64,000 bases of DNA from Candidatus Latescibacterota bacterium (GCA_965205975.1 OZ242195.1:4704001-4768000); one strand, 5' to 3'; positions 28,779 to 39,276 are shown, counted from the first letter of the stretch. Numbers and translations are program-made. The notes: a model not told the origin generated them from the letters alone.

Positions 28779-29420
28779 ATGATCGCCACGATATTTGACA
28801 TTGATGGAACCCTGGTCGAAAGTTTTGATTTTGATGGGACCAGCTACATCTCTGCGATAAGAGAGGTTCTGGGCGAAGTTTGCATCCACGATGATTGGAG
28901 CCAATACAAAAACGTAACAGATTCAGGTATGTTGCGAGAAATAATGAAAGAGAATAAGATCCGAGAAAACGGACAAATTGAAGAAGTCCGCAAAAAATTC
29001 GGTGAATTAATTGCGCAGTATCTTGAAAATGGTGGCGAATGTCGCTCAAAGAAAGGGGCGATTTGCCTGATTGACAAACTTCTATCTGATCGGCACTATA
29101 AAATTGGAATTGCCACAGGCGGCTGGAGACATACCGCCAGAATGAAACTCAGGCATGCGGGATTTGGCTTGAGAAATACGGTACTGTTTTCCAGTGATGA
29201 CAGTGACGAGCGTGTGGAAATCATGAAGAAATGCCTATCTGCATTGGGGGACCGTTTCCATCGCGTCGTATATATCGGTGATGCTGTATGGGATATCCAG
29301 GCAACCAAAAAACTGGGATGGCACTTCATCGGCGTAGGACCACGCTTAAAGGGAAAATGTGAGTTTTGGGTTGAAGACTATTCAAACTACCATACATTCA
29401 TGAGGATGTTACACGCTTAA
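28779..29420 (+). CDS. HAD-family hydrolase
   Basis: FDIDGTL and YIGDAVWD motifs. Confidence 0.92.
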   Translation: MIATIFDIDGTLVESFDFDGTSYISAIREVLGEVCIHDDWSQYKNVTDSGMLREIMKENKIRENGQIEEVRKKFGELIAQYLENGGECRSKKGAICLIDKLLSDRHYKIGIATGGWRHTARMKLRHAGFGLRNTVLFSSDDSDERVEIMKKCLSALGDRFHRVVYIGDAVWDIQATKKLGWHFIGVGPRLKGKCEFWVEDYSNYHTFMRMLHA

Positions 29421-29441
29421 CAAAAAGAATGGAGATAAAAA

Positions 29442-29672
29442 ATGCATGAACGTATTATTATTGATCCCAAAGTTTGTCATGGACAAGCCTGTATTAAGGA
29501 CACTCGTATCCCAGTGCATTTAATCCTCCGGATGATGGCCAATGGGGATACCTTTGATGATATCCTGGAAGAATATCCTTCACTGACCAGAGAAGACATT
29601 CATGCCTGTTTCGACTATGGGGCCGCACTCGCTGAAGAACAGGTAACCCCTATAGAAACTTTGTCGAGATAA
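29442..29672 (+). CDS. DUF433-family antitoxin
   Basis: DPKVCHGQACIKDTRIPV..EYPSLTREDI. Confidence 0.9.
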   Translation: MHERIIIDPKVCHGQACIKDTRIPVHLILRMMANGDTFDDILEEYPSLTREDIHACFDYGAALAEEQVTPIETLSR

Positions 29673-29674
29673 GC

Positions 29675-30031
29675 ATGAAGATTGCCGTTGATGAACATAT
29701 TCCCTTGATGACTGTGCAAGCTCTGCGAGAGATGGGGCACGAGGTACGCGATATTCGCGGTACTCCTGATGAGGGCATGCAGGATGACGAACTGTGGAGT
29801 ATGGTACAGAGACAGAGATGTTTGTTTATCACAGCAGATAGAGGCTTTACACAGTATCGTACAGAGAGACATCATGGCGTGTTGATCGTCCGGCTGCGTC
29901 AGCCGAATCGACATAGAATTCACCACCGGGTCATGCAGGGAGTAACTCAATTTGCCGAAACCGATTGGCCCGGTTTACTGGTGGTCATGAGAGATACAGT
30001 CCAGAGCAGTTGGCGGGCAGAAGCGAAATAG
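29675..30031 (+). CDS. DUF5615 PIN-like toxin
   Basis: MKIAVDEHIP, GHEV, DDELW, ITADRGF; follows DUF433 gene. Confidence 0.85.
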   Translation: MKIAVDEHIPLMTVQALREMGHEVRDIRGTPDEGMQDDELWSMVQRQRCLFITADRGFTQYRTERHHGVLIVRLRQPNRHRIHHRVMQGVTQFAETDWPGLLVVMRDTVQSSWRAEAK

Positions 30032-30064
30032 CATACTTCAACTACTTATCTTGACTTATTACTT

Positions 30065-30089
30065 ATTCCGACCTTGCCCATATTTTAAT
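30065..30089 (+). repeat. 25-bp direct repeat, copy 2
   Basis: Matches 28706-28730 with 2 mismatches. Confidence 0.75.
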
Positions 30090-30146
30090 GGATAAACTGA
30101 TCCAGAAATTTCCGTTGTTCATCCCTCTTTACACAGGAATAGTAAA

Positions 30147-30434
30147 ATGGCTTCTTGGCAAATTAAACAACTCGAAAAAATGAGTGAAATGGACTCCGAT
30201 TTGATAGATGATATACTCCATTATCTACACCAATCAAACCCTGTACGCCTTGAAAAACTTGTAATAGGTGCCTATCTCGATCGTGATATTAACCTCGGCA
30301 AGGCAGCGGAACTTCTCGGCCTCCATAGAGAAGAACTGAGACAACGCTTCCTCAAACAGGGCATTCCACTGCGAGAAGGAAGCCAATCCGTTGATGAATT
30401 AAAAGCTGAGATTGCTGCTGCTGATCAAATATGA
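30147..30434 (+). CDS. UPF0175-family protein (putative antitoxin)
   Basis: YLDRDINLGKAAELLGLHREEL...GIP. Confidence 0.75.
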   Translation: MASWQIKQLEKMSEMDSDLIDDILHYLHQSNPVRLEKLVIGAYLDRDINLGKAAELLGLHREELRQRFLKQGIPLREGSQSVDELKAEIAAADQI

Positions 30435-31198
30435 GCAACGTAATGACGCTTAAAGAGCTAAAACAAATCGCAGCGTCTATTGGTAAAATTCAAGGATGGG
30501 ATTTCTCCGCCGTAAGAGATGGACGAGATCCCGTACCCTGGGATTATCTTACTCTGGTTCGCAACTACCTCACCTCATCATCTCGCGTCCTTGATATAGG
30601 GACGGGTGGCGGTGAAAAGTTTCTCACTCTATCACCGAACTTCGGCAGGGGCATTGGTATCGACATTAGCGACGAAATGATTCAAACAGCTCATGAGAAC
30701 CAATCCAAAATGCAGATAAACAACGTCTCTTTCAATGTCATGAGTGCTGATGCTCTGCAATTGCCTGACTCAAATTTTGATATTGTCTTGAATCGACATT
30801 CAGTTGTCAATGTAGATGAGATTTTGCGTGTGCTACGCACGGGAGGGTATTTTATCAATCAGGGCGTGGGACATCGCAATACGTCCAATATCCTGGCGGC
30901 GTTCGGTTGGACAAGCAACAGTTTTGGCGAGGATTGGTGGTCGCCTGATAGAGAATTCGCCAAAACTTTCCAGCAACTCGGCAATCGCATCATCGCGCTC
31001 ATGGAATATAACGTCGCGTATTGGTTCTGTGATGTTGAATCACTTCTCTTATGGCTACACACAGTCCCATTGCCAGAAAAATTCGAAATCGAAAAACACT
31101 GGCAAGGCGTTAACCAGATTCTTGAAAAGTACACCACTCAGCGGGGCATCGAAACCAACGAACACCGCGAGTTGCTTATTGTACAGAAGAGTGCTTAA
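30431..31198 (+). CDS. Class I SAM-dependent methyltransferase
   Basis: VLDIGTGGGE, FDIVLNRH, RVLRTGGYFI. Confidence 0.9.
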   Translation: MSNVMTLKELKQIAASIGKIQGWDFSAVRDGRDPVPWDYLTLVRNYLTSSSRVLDIGTGGGEKFLTLSPNFGRGIGIDISDEMIQTAHENQSKMQINNVSFNVMSADALQLPDSNFDIVLNRHSVVNVDEILRVLRTGGYFINQGVGHRNTSNILAAFGWTSNSFGEDWWSPDREFAKTFQQLGNRIIALMEYNVAYWFCDVESLLLWLHTVPLPEKFEIEKHWQGVNQILEKYTTQRGIETNEHRELLIVQKSA

Positions 31199-31219
31199 CA
31201 GCTTCCAGAGGAGAACCCA

Positions 31220-32302
31220 ATGGCCGAACCCAAAGGTAAAGCCTTTCAGACCATGCGGGATACCGCTCCCAGAAATACCTATCGAGGCGCTGTTGTAGGA
31301 TGCGGCAGAATGGGCAGCACCATTGACGACGAACACATCGGCATGCCCCATTACCCATGGCCCTGGGCACACGCGCCTGCAATGATAGAAGCCCGGGGAA
31401 TTGATCTCGTTGCCGCCGCTGATGATGACCCCGCCAAACTCGAGGACTTCAAACAGCGCTGGGACGTTTCAGCCCTGTACACCGATTACCGGGAGATGGT
31501 CGAAAAAGAACAAATCGACGTGGTCTGCCTGACCACCCGCCCCGAACCCCGCGCTGAAATAACGGTCGGCCTGGCCGAACTGGGCGTCAAAGCCATCTTC
31601 GCCACCAAACCGATGTGCCGCACATTGGCTGAAGCCGATGCCATGATCGACGCCTGTGCCAAAAACAACGTCATCCTCTCAATCGCCTGCCATCTCAACT
31701 GGTATAGCTACTACACAAACGCCCGCCGACTCATTGCCGACGGCATCATTGGCCCCTTAAAAACAATGATCTGCCACAGCCCCTCCAGCCTTTCCAATAT
31801 TCAAAGCCACACCCTGACCTTACTCCGCCTCTTTGCCGGCGCGCCAGCCCAATGGGTAGTCGGTCTCATCGATACAGACAAACAGGCACAGTCCAACACC
31901 GACATCCCCGGATCGGGAATCATCGTATATGAAAACGGCCTCCGCACCATCTTAAACTCCCGCTCCGAAACCAGACCCTTTGCCTGGTCCCTGGAATTCA
32001 TCGGCGAAACCGGCCGCATCATCTCCCGCAACGCCCATGCCCAGTTCGAAATATGGACCCCACATCCCGAAACCGATGCGCCCACCCAGACACACCTACC
32101 GGGACCATGGCACCCCAGAAGCTCAATGGTTGACGCCATCGAAGGCGTCTGTCGCTCTATTGAACAGGGCCGCGAGGACATCTGCCCCGGCGAGTTTGGC
32201 CGCGAAGCCCTTGAAATCGGCATCGCCATAAGAGAATCTCACCGCCGCGGCAACATCCGCATTGACCTGCCCCTCGAAGATCGCAACTTGAGGATGGGGT
32301 AG
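31220..32302 (+). CDS. Gfo/Idh/MocA oxidoreductase
   Basis: VVGCGRMG Rossmann motif, TKPMC variant of EKP. Confidence 0.9.
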   Translation: MAEPKGKAFQTMRDTAPRNTYRGAVVGCGRMGSTIDDEHIGMPHYPWPWAHAPAMIEARGIDLVAAADDDPAKLEDFKQRWDVSALYTDYREMVEKEQIDVVCLTTRPEPRAEITVGLAELGVKAIFATKPMCRTLAEADAMIDACAKNNVILSIACHLNWYSYYTNARRLIADGIIGPLKTMICHSPSSLSNIQSHTLTLLRLFAGAPAQWVVGLIDTDKQAQSNTDIPGSGIIVYENGLRTILNSRSETRPFAWSLEFIGETGRIISRNAHAQFEIWTPHPETDAPTQTHLPGPWHPRSSMVDAIEGVCRSIEQGREDICPGEFGREALEIGIAIRESHRRGNIRIDLPLEDRNLRMG

Positions 32303-32323
32303 TCAGCCTGATAAGGAGCCTCC

Positions 32324-33439
32324 ATGAATACCGTAATCGAAACAGTCGAAACAACACAAACATCCCCCGAAGGATTCTTCACCCTCGCAAAACTCGGCGA
32401 ACGCTGGGTCTTGCTCACGCCAGATCGACAGCCCTTCTTCTCAGTTGGACTGAATCACATCGACTCCTCCCCACTGCTGTATCCAGAAAATCTGCCCCGC
32501 TGGAAACAGAAATACGACAACAACAGCATCAAATGGATCTGTGAATCCGTATCGCCCGACCTGAAAGCATGGGGATTCAATACCGTCGGCTGGGTACAGG
32601 ATGTAACCATTTTAAAACACGCGCACAGTCCGAGTTTCACCCTAAAAGAATATCGCGCGCTATCCATGCCCTACTGCCACCTGCTGCCCTTCATCGAAAC
32701 ACATCAATGGAACGCATGGCACAAAAATCCCGACATCTTCAGCAAAGACTTCGAGGACTGGTGCGATTATGTCGCCAGATCCGAATGCGCCCGACTGAGA
32801 GAAGAACCGAACTTAATCGGCTATTTTTACTCGGACTGTCCCACCTGGATTCACGTCCGACCTCAAACGACATGGCGCGGAGCCATGTTTGATCCCACAC
32901 GACTGGAATCGCAAGCGGGCCGGACTGAACTCTTCAACCTCGCACAGCGATACTACAAAATCACCCACGACGCCATTCGCCGTTATGATCCCCATCACCT
33001 GATCCTCGGAGACCGATACGAAGCACTCGCACCACTCCCAATGGAAATTGTACAGGCTGCCGACCCGTACGTTGACGTACTCAGCTTTCAGGACTTCGGA
33101 GATCCGGTCACACACATGCGCGAATGGCACACCGCCACGGGAAAACCGGTTCTATGGGCAGATGGCTCCCGCCCCCGGGAAACCATCGCGGATGACAGCG
33201 GAAAATACCTGGATGGGGAATATCATCTCGTGGATGGGGAATGGTATGCCGACGCCCTCTACGGCCTCCTGAAAAACCCCGGCGCAATAGGCGCGCATCT
33301 TTGCGGTGGTTATCTCCGAAATCGCTTCCGGCGAAAAGGCCTGATCGATGAACAAGAACAACCCGACCACGAAGCCATATCTGAAATACAAAAAGGCAGT
33401 CGGGTTGTAACACGCTGGCTCGGCGAATTGGAATCCTGA
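32324..33439 (+). CDS. Agarase-like glycoside hydrolase-fold protein
   Basis: FFSVGLNH, WGFNTVGW, LIGYF, IRRYDPHHLILGDRY. Confidence 0.7.
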   Translation: MNTVIETVETTQTSPEGFFTLAKLGERWVLLTPDRQPFFSVGLNHIDSSPLLYPENLPRWKQKYDNNSIKWICESVSPDLKAWGFNTVGWVQDVTILKHAHSPSFTLKEYRALSMPYCHLLPFIETHQWNAWHKNPDIFSKDFEDWCDYVARSECARLREEPNLIGYFYSDCPTWIHVRPQTTWRGAMFDPTRLESQAGRTELFNLAQRYYKITHDAIRRYDPHHLILGDRYEALAPLPMEIVQAADPYVDVLSFQDFGDPVTHMREWHTATGKPVLWADGSRPRETIADDSGKYLDGEYHLVDGEWYADALYGLLKNPGAIGAHLCGGYLRNRFRRKGLIDEQEQPDHEAISEIQKGSRVVTRWLGELES

Positions 33440-33456
33440 ACGAACTCGAATGCAGA

Positions 33457-34281
33457 GTGACCATGCCATTAGACCTCGTTACACCGGCTATGACGGATGA
33501 AGCGCCAGCGCCGGGCAAGCGTGTGCGTCAAACTGCGCCGGAATACAGAGGGACCGACGTACACCACGCGCTATACCTTCCCACAGACTGGCAACCCAGG
33601 CGCAAATATCCCGTCATCGTCGAATACACCGGCAACAAATGGGAACCTTGTAAATCAACTGGGAAAGTGGAAGATGCGAACCTGGGCTATGGCATGAGTG
33701 GAGGGCGAGGATTTATCTGGATAACCATGCCATATATAGAAAAAGGAAAAAAAGAAAACGCCGTCACATGGTGGGGCGACAAGCAAGCAACTGTGAACTA
33801 CTGCAAAACCAACCTCCCGAGGATCTGTGAAAAATTTGGAGGCGACCTGCACAACATATTCATCTGCGGCTTCTCGCGCGGAGCCATAGGCACCAGCTAC
33901 ATCGGCCTTGCAGACGACGAAATCGCAGCCTATTGGAAAGGCATCTTCACCCACGACCACTTCGACGGCGAAAGGGAATGGGATTATCCAGAAAGTGATC
34001 GCACATCCGCTCTCACCCGCCTCGCACGGATAAAGGGCAGGCCCGTACTCATCTGCGGGCAGAACGCCAACAGGGTAAAAGATCAATTCCTCAAAGCGCA
34101 CCTCAATCTGGCGCAATTCACATTCCTGAACGTACCAACGGATCAAATATTCAACATCCCCGAAGGCAATATCGTCCACCCGCATACAGACCTGTGGATG
34201 CACAGAGAAAGTGCATATCGCAAGCGTGCCAGAGCATGGCTTAAAAGCGTGCTAAAAGAAACACACTATGCCCAAGGATGA
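33457..34281 (+). CDS. Alpha/beta-hydrolase-fold protein
   Basis: LYLPTDW..YPVIVEY, GFSRG nucleophile elbow. Confidence 0.75.
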   Translation: MTMPLDLVTPAMTDEAPAPGKRVRQTAPEYRGTDVHHALYLPTDWQPRRKYPVIVEYTGNKWEPCKSTGKVEDANLGYGMSGGRGFIWITMPYIEKGKKENAVTWWGDKQATVNYCKTNLPRICEKFGGDLHNIFICGFSRGAIGTSYIGLADDEIAAYWKGIFTHDHFDGEREWDYPESDRTSALTRLARIKGRPVLICGQNANRVKDQFLKAHLNLAQFTFLNVPTDQIFNIPEGNIVHPHTDLWMHRESAYRKRARAWLKSVLKETHYAQG

Positions 34282-35276
34282 AGCACGATCTTTGCGGCTT
34301 CGCCAGCAGCTAAGAGACCGAAAGCCTCCTGAATTTTACTCAGCGGCATAACGTGACTGATCAGCTTATCGATAAGAGGCGACTCAGCAATCACCTGCAT
34401 CACGCCCTCGTAATCCTGCATATTGTACAGCCAGTTTCCCGACACCAGCAACCCTTTGCGAATCAAATCCGGACTCACCTTAATCGGCAAATCCTGGGAA
34501 CACTCGCCGACAAACGCCACCCGTCCGCGCCGCCGCACCGCATCAATACACAGCCGCTCGCCCGCTACAGAACCAGAACAATCCACCGCGCAATCAACCC
34601 CGCGACCATCTGTCAAATCTCGAATACGCGCAAGCGGATCGTCCTGCGGATGCAACACCACCTCTGCACCCAACTCGAGACCGAGAGCAGCGCGCCACGG
34701 CGCAGGCTCCACCGCCAGCACCCGCGCCCCGCGAAACCGAGCATTGATAATACCGCCAAGCCCCACCGGACCCAGACCCGTAATCAGCACCGTATCAAAC
34801 GCACCCACGCCAATAGCCTGCATACCACCAAAGGAAGCGCCGATACCGTCAATCGCCATCGTCGCCTGCTCGTACGTAACCCGTTCGGGAATCGGCAACA
34901 AAAGCCATGAGGGCTTAACCACATAATGGGCAAACGTACCACTGCCATCGCGGCTACCGGTGAACTCGGCAAAGTTGTATGTATCCTCACAATAGATATA
35001 ATCACCAGATCGGCACAAAGCGCAATTGCCACACGGATACTGCGGCATCACCGTAACCCGATCGCCCACCTTCACTCGCCCTGGCTGCGCCACCGCCACC
35101 ACCTCGCCCGCCCCCTCGTGCCCGATCACCTCACGCCGATCCCCCGCCATCCACGCCTTGTACTCCGTACACATCGCCGAAGCATGCACCTTCACCACCG
35201 CCCAATCCTCCTTCGGCTCTGGCACTGGTGCCGGCACCACATCTGACTGTCGCTCTCCAACGATTCTCGCTTTCAT
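34266..35276 (-). CDS. Zinc-binding alcohol dehydrogenase family protein
   Basis: GHEGAG, CGNCALC..C, GLGPVG. Confidence 0.93.
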   Translation of the reverse strand: MKARIVGERQSDVVPAPVPEPKEDWAVVKVHASAMCTEYKAWMAGDRREVIGHEGAGEVVAVAQPGRVKVGDRVTVMPQYPCGNCALCRSGDYIYCEDTYNFAEFTGSRDGSGTFAHYVVKPSWLLLPIPERVTYEQATMAIDGIGASFGGMQAIGVGAFDTVLITGLGPVGLGGIINARFRGARVLAVEPAPWRAALGLELGAEVVLHPQDDPLARIRDLTDGRGVDCAVDCSGSVAGERLCIDAVRRRGRVAFVGECSQDLPIKVSPDLIRKGLLVSGNWLYNMQDYEGVMQVIAESPLIDKLISHVMPLSKIQEAFGLLAAGEAAKIVLHPWA

Positions 35277-35590
35277 ATTGCCTTCCTAATTAACAGTTGA
35301 GCAGTTTGATGATTTTCGGGAACATCATCAAGCGGAAAGTCATTATGGGTACTGTCACTTGAAAACAACTCGGGATTATCAAGTTCACTATAAATATCAG
35401 CCAGATTATCTTCCAGTTCTTCTAGAGTTTCGCCCTGTGTCCAATAATCTGAATAATCTACAAGATATCCCAGATACCAGGAATCAGAAATCCAATAGAC
35501 ATATTTTAGAATTGTTGCTTCCTCCTTTGGCTCCGGCACCGGTGCCGGCACCACATCAGCCTGCCGCTTTCCAACGATCCTCGCTTTCAT
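35273..35590 (-). CDS. Chimera: duplicated dehydrogenase N-terminus fused to HicB-like antitoxin
   Basis: First 23 aa copy the downstream gene; then WYLGYLVDYSDYWTQGETLEELEDNLADIY (HicB-like). Confidence 0.7.
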   Translation of the reverse strand: MKARIVGKRQADVVPAPVPEPKEEATILKYVYWISDSWYLGYLVDYSDYWTQGETLEELEDNLADIYSELDNPELFSSDSTHNDFPLDDVPENHQTAQLLIRKAI

Positions 35591-35642
35591 ATTTCACTTC
35601 CCTTGGGAATTATATGAGGGATGTGCAGTCGATCTTGCAATC

Positions 35643-35675
35643 GTCATTGCGGCATGCTTAAAGCCGCAATCCAGT
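35643..35675 (-). repeat. REP-like palindrome (ACTGGATYGCGGC-loop-GCCGCRATGAC family)
   Basis: GTCATTGCGGC-ATGCTTAAA-GCCGCAATCCAGT, inverse of the copies at 39277-39353. Confidence 0.8.
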
Positions 35676-36944
35676 TGGTTTGTTGTTCAAGTGTTCCAGT
35701 ATTTTTTTTCCGCTACATTCGGACTTAGTCACATCAAAGGGAAAACAAAACAGAGACAATTTCTCATCAAACTTATAGCACAATTTTTTCTTAAACTGCT
35801 CAGTCTTCGGATAGATAAGCGCGACCTGCTTACATCTATACTTTTTCCCATAAGCAAACAACTGGTACATATCGGCTTGGCTGATGCCGTGTTTTGGGTC
35901 ACTTTCCTCTCCGTTAATACGCTTCCACTTGGTATCCAGGATAAATTTCACATCGTCCTGTTTGTCCTGTTTGGTCAAGCTGATATCCGGTTTCATATAA
36001 AAAACACCCTTGCCGCCAATGCAAGCCAACGGTTTTTGCGGTCTTTGTTTATACACAAAAAAATCTTTTTGATACCGTCGAAAGCTCGCCGTAACGAAAT
36101 CTTCAAATACCTCCCACATCGGAAACAACAGCGTCTGGTTGACATGTTTGCCAGAAAATGTAGTCAAACCGTGACCAAACAGAAATAGCCCGACCCACTG
36201 CATCACCTCATCGTAATGCTGCATTGAACGATCCGAACGATTCACTCGATATTGAACCCAGTCGCTTTCAAGGTGCTCTGACTGCGGAATATCGGAAAAA
36301 TTGATACGCAACTGATGGAGCAACTGTTGATTTCTCGGTTGCCGCACAGAACCCATTAATTTATGAATGGTGCTGTGAATCAGGCGATTGGCTGGGCGAT
36401 TGGCACTGAACTCGTCATAGCCGACGTAAAACTGCGCACGATTAGCTATATTTGCACGAATATGCTGCGGAAAGAGGATTCGCCCTCGCAAATAAGGCTG
36501 GTTATCTTCCACTAGCTGGTAGTGACGGGCGAGACCGCGTTGTGTCAGTAAAACGAGATTGTTCAGAAACAGGTGGACAAACACCTCCAGCATATTGAAA
36601 CGCCGCACAGCGTCGATGTGACTCTGGTTGAACTGTGCCAATGATTTGAACCCGCGCCAATCCCGCAGCATCGAAAAAAAAACCTGTTTGGTTTTCTCTG
36701 TATCTTCGGCAAAATCTACCTTCGGCAGAATTTCGAGCACGGTCCCTTTGTGCGTTTCAATAATACCGACGTAGTTTTGCGCGTACAGCCGCTTGTTTTT
36801 CAACTCTAAAACAGGTCGGTAGTTGCCCTGTCCATCCATTTGATTTTCAAGGGCAAAATCCTTCAGGTCTCTCAGTTCATTCTGGCCAAGACCCTTCAGT
36901 TCTTCATGTTCTCTGATGGAGAGGAGATCGTTAATAACGGGCAT
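35658..36944 (-). CDS. mcrC: McrC-family restriction endonuclease subunit
   Basis: QNYVG, EILPK, MKPDI..ILDTKWK, ADMYQLFAY. Confidence 0.92.
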   Translation of the reverse strand: MPVINDLLSIREHEELKGLGQNELRDLKDFALENQMDGQGNYRPVLELKNKRLYAQNYVGIIETHKGTVLEILPKVDFAEDTEKTKQVFFSMLRDWRGFKSLAQFNQSHIDAVRRFNMLEVFVHLFLNNLVLLTQRGLARHYQLVEDNQPYLRGRILFPQHIRANIANRAQFYVGYDEFSANRPANRLIHSTIHKLMGSVRQPRNQQLLHQLRINFSDIPQSEHLESDWVQYRVNRSDRSMQHYDEVMQWVGLFLFGHGLTTFSGKHVNQTLLFPMWEVFEDFVTASFRRYQKDFFVYKQRPQKPLACIGGKGVFYMKPDISLTKQDKQDDVKFILDTKWKRINGEESDPKHGISQADMYQLFAYGKKYRCKQVALIYPKTEQFKKKLCYKFDEKLSLFCFPFDVTKSECSGKKILEHLNNKPTGLRL

Positions 36945-36955
36945 AATCAGGTGTC

Positions 36956-39232
36956 CTATCCGGCTTCACCGGTTTCGCCTTGTCCTTTTTCGTAGATCGC
37001 CTGGTAACTTTCGGGGTCTTCCCATTTGCCATCATCATCGGACAGTTCATAAATTTTTCTTTCTTCATCAATCAAATCTGAATTTTTGAACAAATCGCTC
37101 TTAAAGGGGATTTCGTGAACAAACCCATTGCAATTCAATACCAGATCAATCTTCTCCCAGTTATCGTAAAAGTATTCCTGCAACAGTGGAATGATTTGGT
37201 TTTTAAAAGTTGCCGCGAGGGATTCCTCCCCGTTGCCCTTAATCCTCTTAACATTCATAAAATACGTGTGTCCAATCTGACGCTCGCGATCAAGCAGGAA
37301 ACGGATGCGATCGTTCATTGCATTAAGTAATTTCTGGCAGTCCACATCATCGATATTATCGCTGACATGCTTTGAGTCCGGCATCATCTCGATAAAATCA
37401 AATCGTCGCCGCAATGCGGTATCCAAAGGAGCGATGGAGCGGTCAGCAGTATTCATCGTACCGATGATGTACAGGTTGTCCGGTATGCCGAAAGCGTCTT
37501 GCGAATAAGGCAGGGTAACGGTTGTTTCATCCTTCTTGCTTCCAATCCGTTTGGATGGCTCAATTAGCGTAATCAACTCAGAAAAAATCTTGGCGATATT
37601 ACCGCGATTGATCTCGTCAATAATCAGGACATAATTCCGCTTCTCTACTGTCATTGGTTCTTCCGGCTGCCATTCTTGGTCGTGAAATTGTTTTATTTTT
37701 TGAAATAATGGAAAGTAGTACAGGTAATTTCCATGGTAAGGCCGTTTAGATTCTCTGGTAGGTTTAATATCTCGTGCCGATTTGATCTTCCCCCGATAAA
37801 AAGTCCCGTAATCCCGTTTGATTACACTCTCGGTAAGTCTCTGACCCTTTTTTACGGTACCACCAAGCCGTACAGATCTGAAATTACCGTCTTTTAACCA
37901 ATATATTTCTTCAATAGTGGCACCCCTTTTATCACCGGAAGGAAAGAGATTGATTTCTTCTCCTGATTCCAGCCTGTTCTCTATTGACTCGGCAAATGTT
38001 TGAAGCAATTCATCCATGTTCCATGATTCGTCACCTGTTTGCTCAGATTGTGTCCTATTTTTATTAGCTCGATCTGCAATTTTCTTGAAAACACCTTCAG
38101 AAAGTTCATATTCAATATCTCTGTCATCATCATCCAATACAGGCCTGATACCTTCAATAAAATCCTCATAGGTAAAGTTCTGATGAAACGTCACCATTTC
38201 AATCTGACCTTCCTCTTTCAATTTATCAAATCGCCGTTTTACATCTCGACGGTCATCATTTTCAATCTCATCCAAAGACTTGTCCTCAATAATCGCCACA
38301 GCGTGGTTGACGGTATTATAGGTTTTACCCGTACCTGGCGGACCATAGAGAATTTGGTTCAAAGGGTATTTCATAGTATCTGCTTCCGGTTGCGAATCGC
38401 CTTGATCAGGTTCAGGCCCATTTTTAGGCTTAGAATCTTGCCAAAGTTCACTAAGAGGAGGAGCGTAAAAGTCCAGGTTCCTGGTGCCATATTCTTTTTC
38501 TTTTTGACGCCGTATATCGAGAAGTTCTCGATCTATTTCCAATGCCGACAATCCCTCGACCTCTGCCTTGGTTTTTCCTGTAAATTTCTGGACGATCTCC
38601 CTTCGCTTTGTTCTAGCGAATATGTGTTCAAAATTGTCAGGAAAAAGTAAAAACACGATCATATTGCGAAATTGCCGATCATTACACCCTGGAATCTTTT
38701 CGAGCCACTTGCCAAACTTCCAGCCATCAGAGAGAAGCTTGTGGCGTTCCGGTTCAGGAAGACGTTTGAAAGCAATCATCATGTGGATGAAAAACGCCAA
38801 ATCGTGTGGACGATAATTGAGAAAACCTTGTCCGGGATTACCTGCCCCACCAAGAATCTTATCTGTTACGCAATCAGAATTTTCAGGAAAGGGTTCTCCC
38901 GAACATTCCCAAACACGCCTAATGTGCGTACGCTTTGTTGAAGCACTAATAACAGTGTCCGGACATAAATACATGACCCACAACATCTCCGCAGCCAGTT
39001 GCTTGACCTCGGGTTCCGTCACGGCAAGTTGCTTTTCCAGTTTATCGACAAAGCCACCTTTACCCTCATCAGGCTGCTTGATAACGTATTCCTCCAAGTC
39101 TTGAAGATTAGACAATGTCCACACTGGTTCCTGTGCAAATACTGATCCATCTGACAGCAAGGCAACGTCTTTCCAATGTTGGCTGGCATCCAGCATCCGT
39201 TCGACACGCCTTTGAGCATGATTATGACTCAT
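36956..39232 (-). CDS. mcrB: McrB-family AAA+ GTPase
   Basis: GPPGTGKT, TFHQNFTYEDFIEG, IIDEINRGN, GTMNTADRSI, ALRRRF. Confidence 0.93.
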   Translation of the reverse strand: MSHNHAQRRVERMLDASQHWKDVALLSDGSVFAQEPVWTLSNLQDLEEYVIKQPDEGKGGFVDKLEKQLAVTEPEVKQLAAEMLWVMYLCPDTVISASTKRTHIRRVWECSGEPFPENSDCVTDKILGGAGNPGQGFLNYRPHDLAFFIHMMIAFKRLPEPERHKLLSDGWKFGKWLEKIPGCNDRQFRNMIVFLLFPDNFEHIFARTKRREIVQKFTGKTKAEVEGLSALEIDRELLDIRRQKEKEYGTRNLDFYAPPLSELWQDSKPKNGPEPDQGDSQPEADTMKYPLNQILYGPPGTGKTYNTVNHAVAIIEDKSLDEIENDDRRDVKRRFDKLKEEGQIEMVTFHQNFTYEDFIEGIRPVLDDDDRDIEYELSEGVFKKIADRANKNRTQSEQTGDESWNMDELLQTFAESIENRLESGEEINLFPSGDKRGATIEEIYWLKDGNFRSVRLGGTVKKGQRLTESVIKRDYGTFYRGKIKSARDIKPTRESKRPYHGNYLYYFPLFQKIKQFHDQEWQPEEPMTVEKRNYVLIIDEINRGNIAKIFSELITLIEPSKRIGSKKDETTVTLPYSQDAFGIPDNLYIIGTMNTADRSIAPLDTALRRRFDFIEMMPDSKHVSDNIDDVDCQKLLNAMNDRIRFLLDRERQIGHTYFMNVKRIKGNGEESLAATFKNQIIPLLQEYFYDNWEKIDLVLNCNGFVHEIPFKSDLFKNSDLIDEERKIYELSDDDGKWEDPESYQAIYEKGQGETGEAG

Positions 39233-39276
39233 TTAATACCTCATTGTGAATAGTAATAGATCAGAAGAAGCGATAG

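Noticed and set aside
29410..31210. Integron cassettes: HAD and methyltransferase genes both end in GCTTAAC (attC R''-like)
   Set aside because: No downstream attC palindrome or GTTRRRY partner and no integron integrase seen
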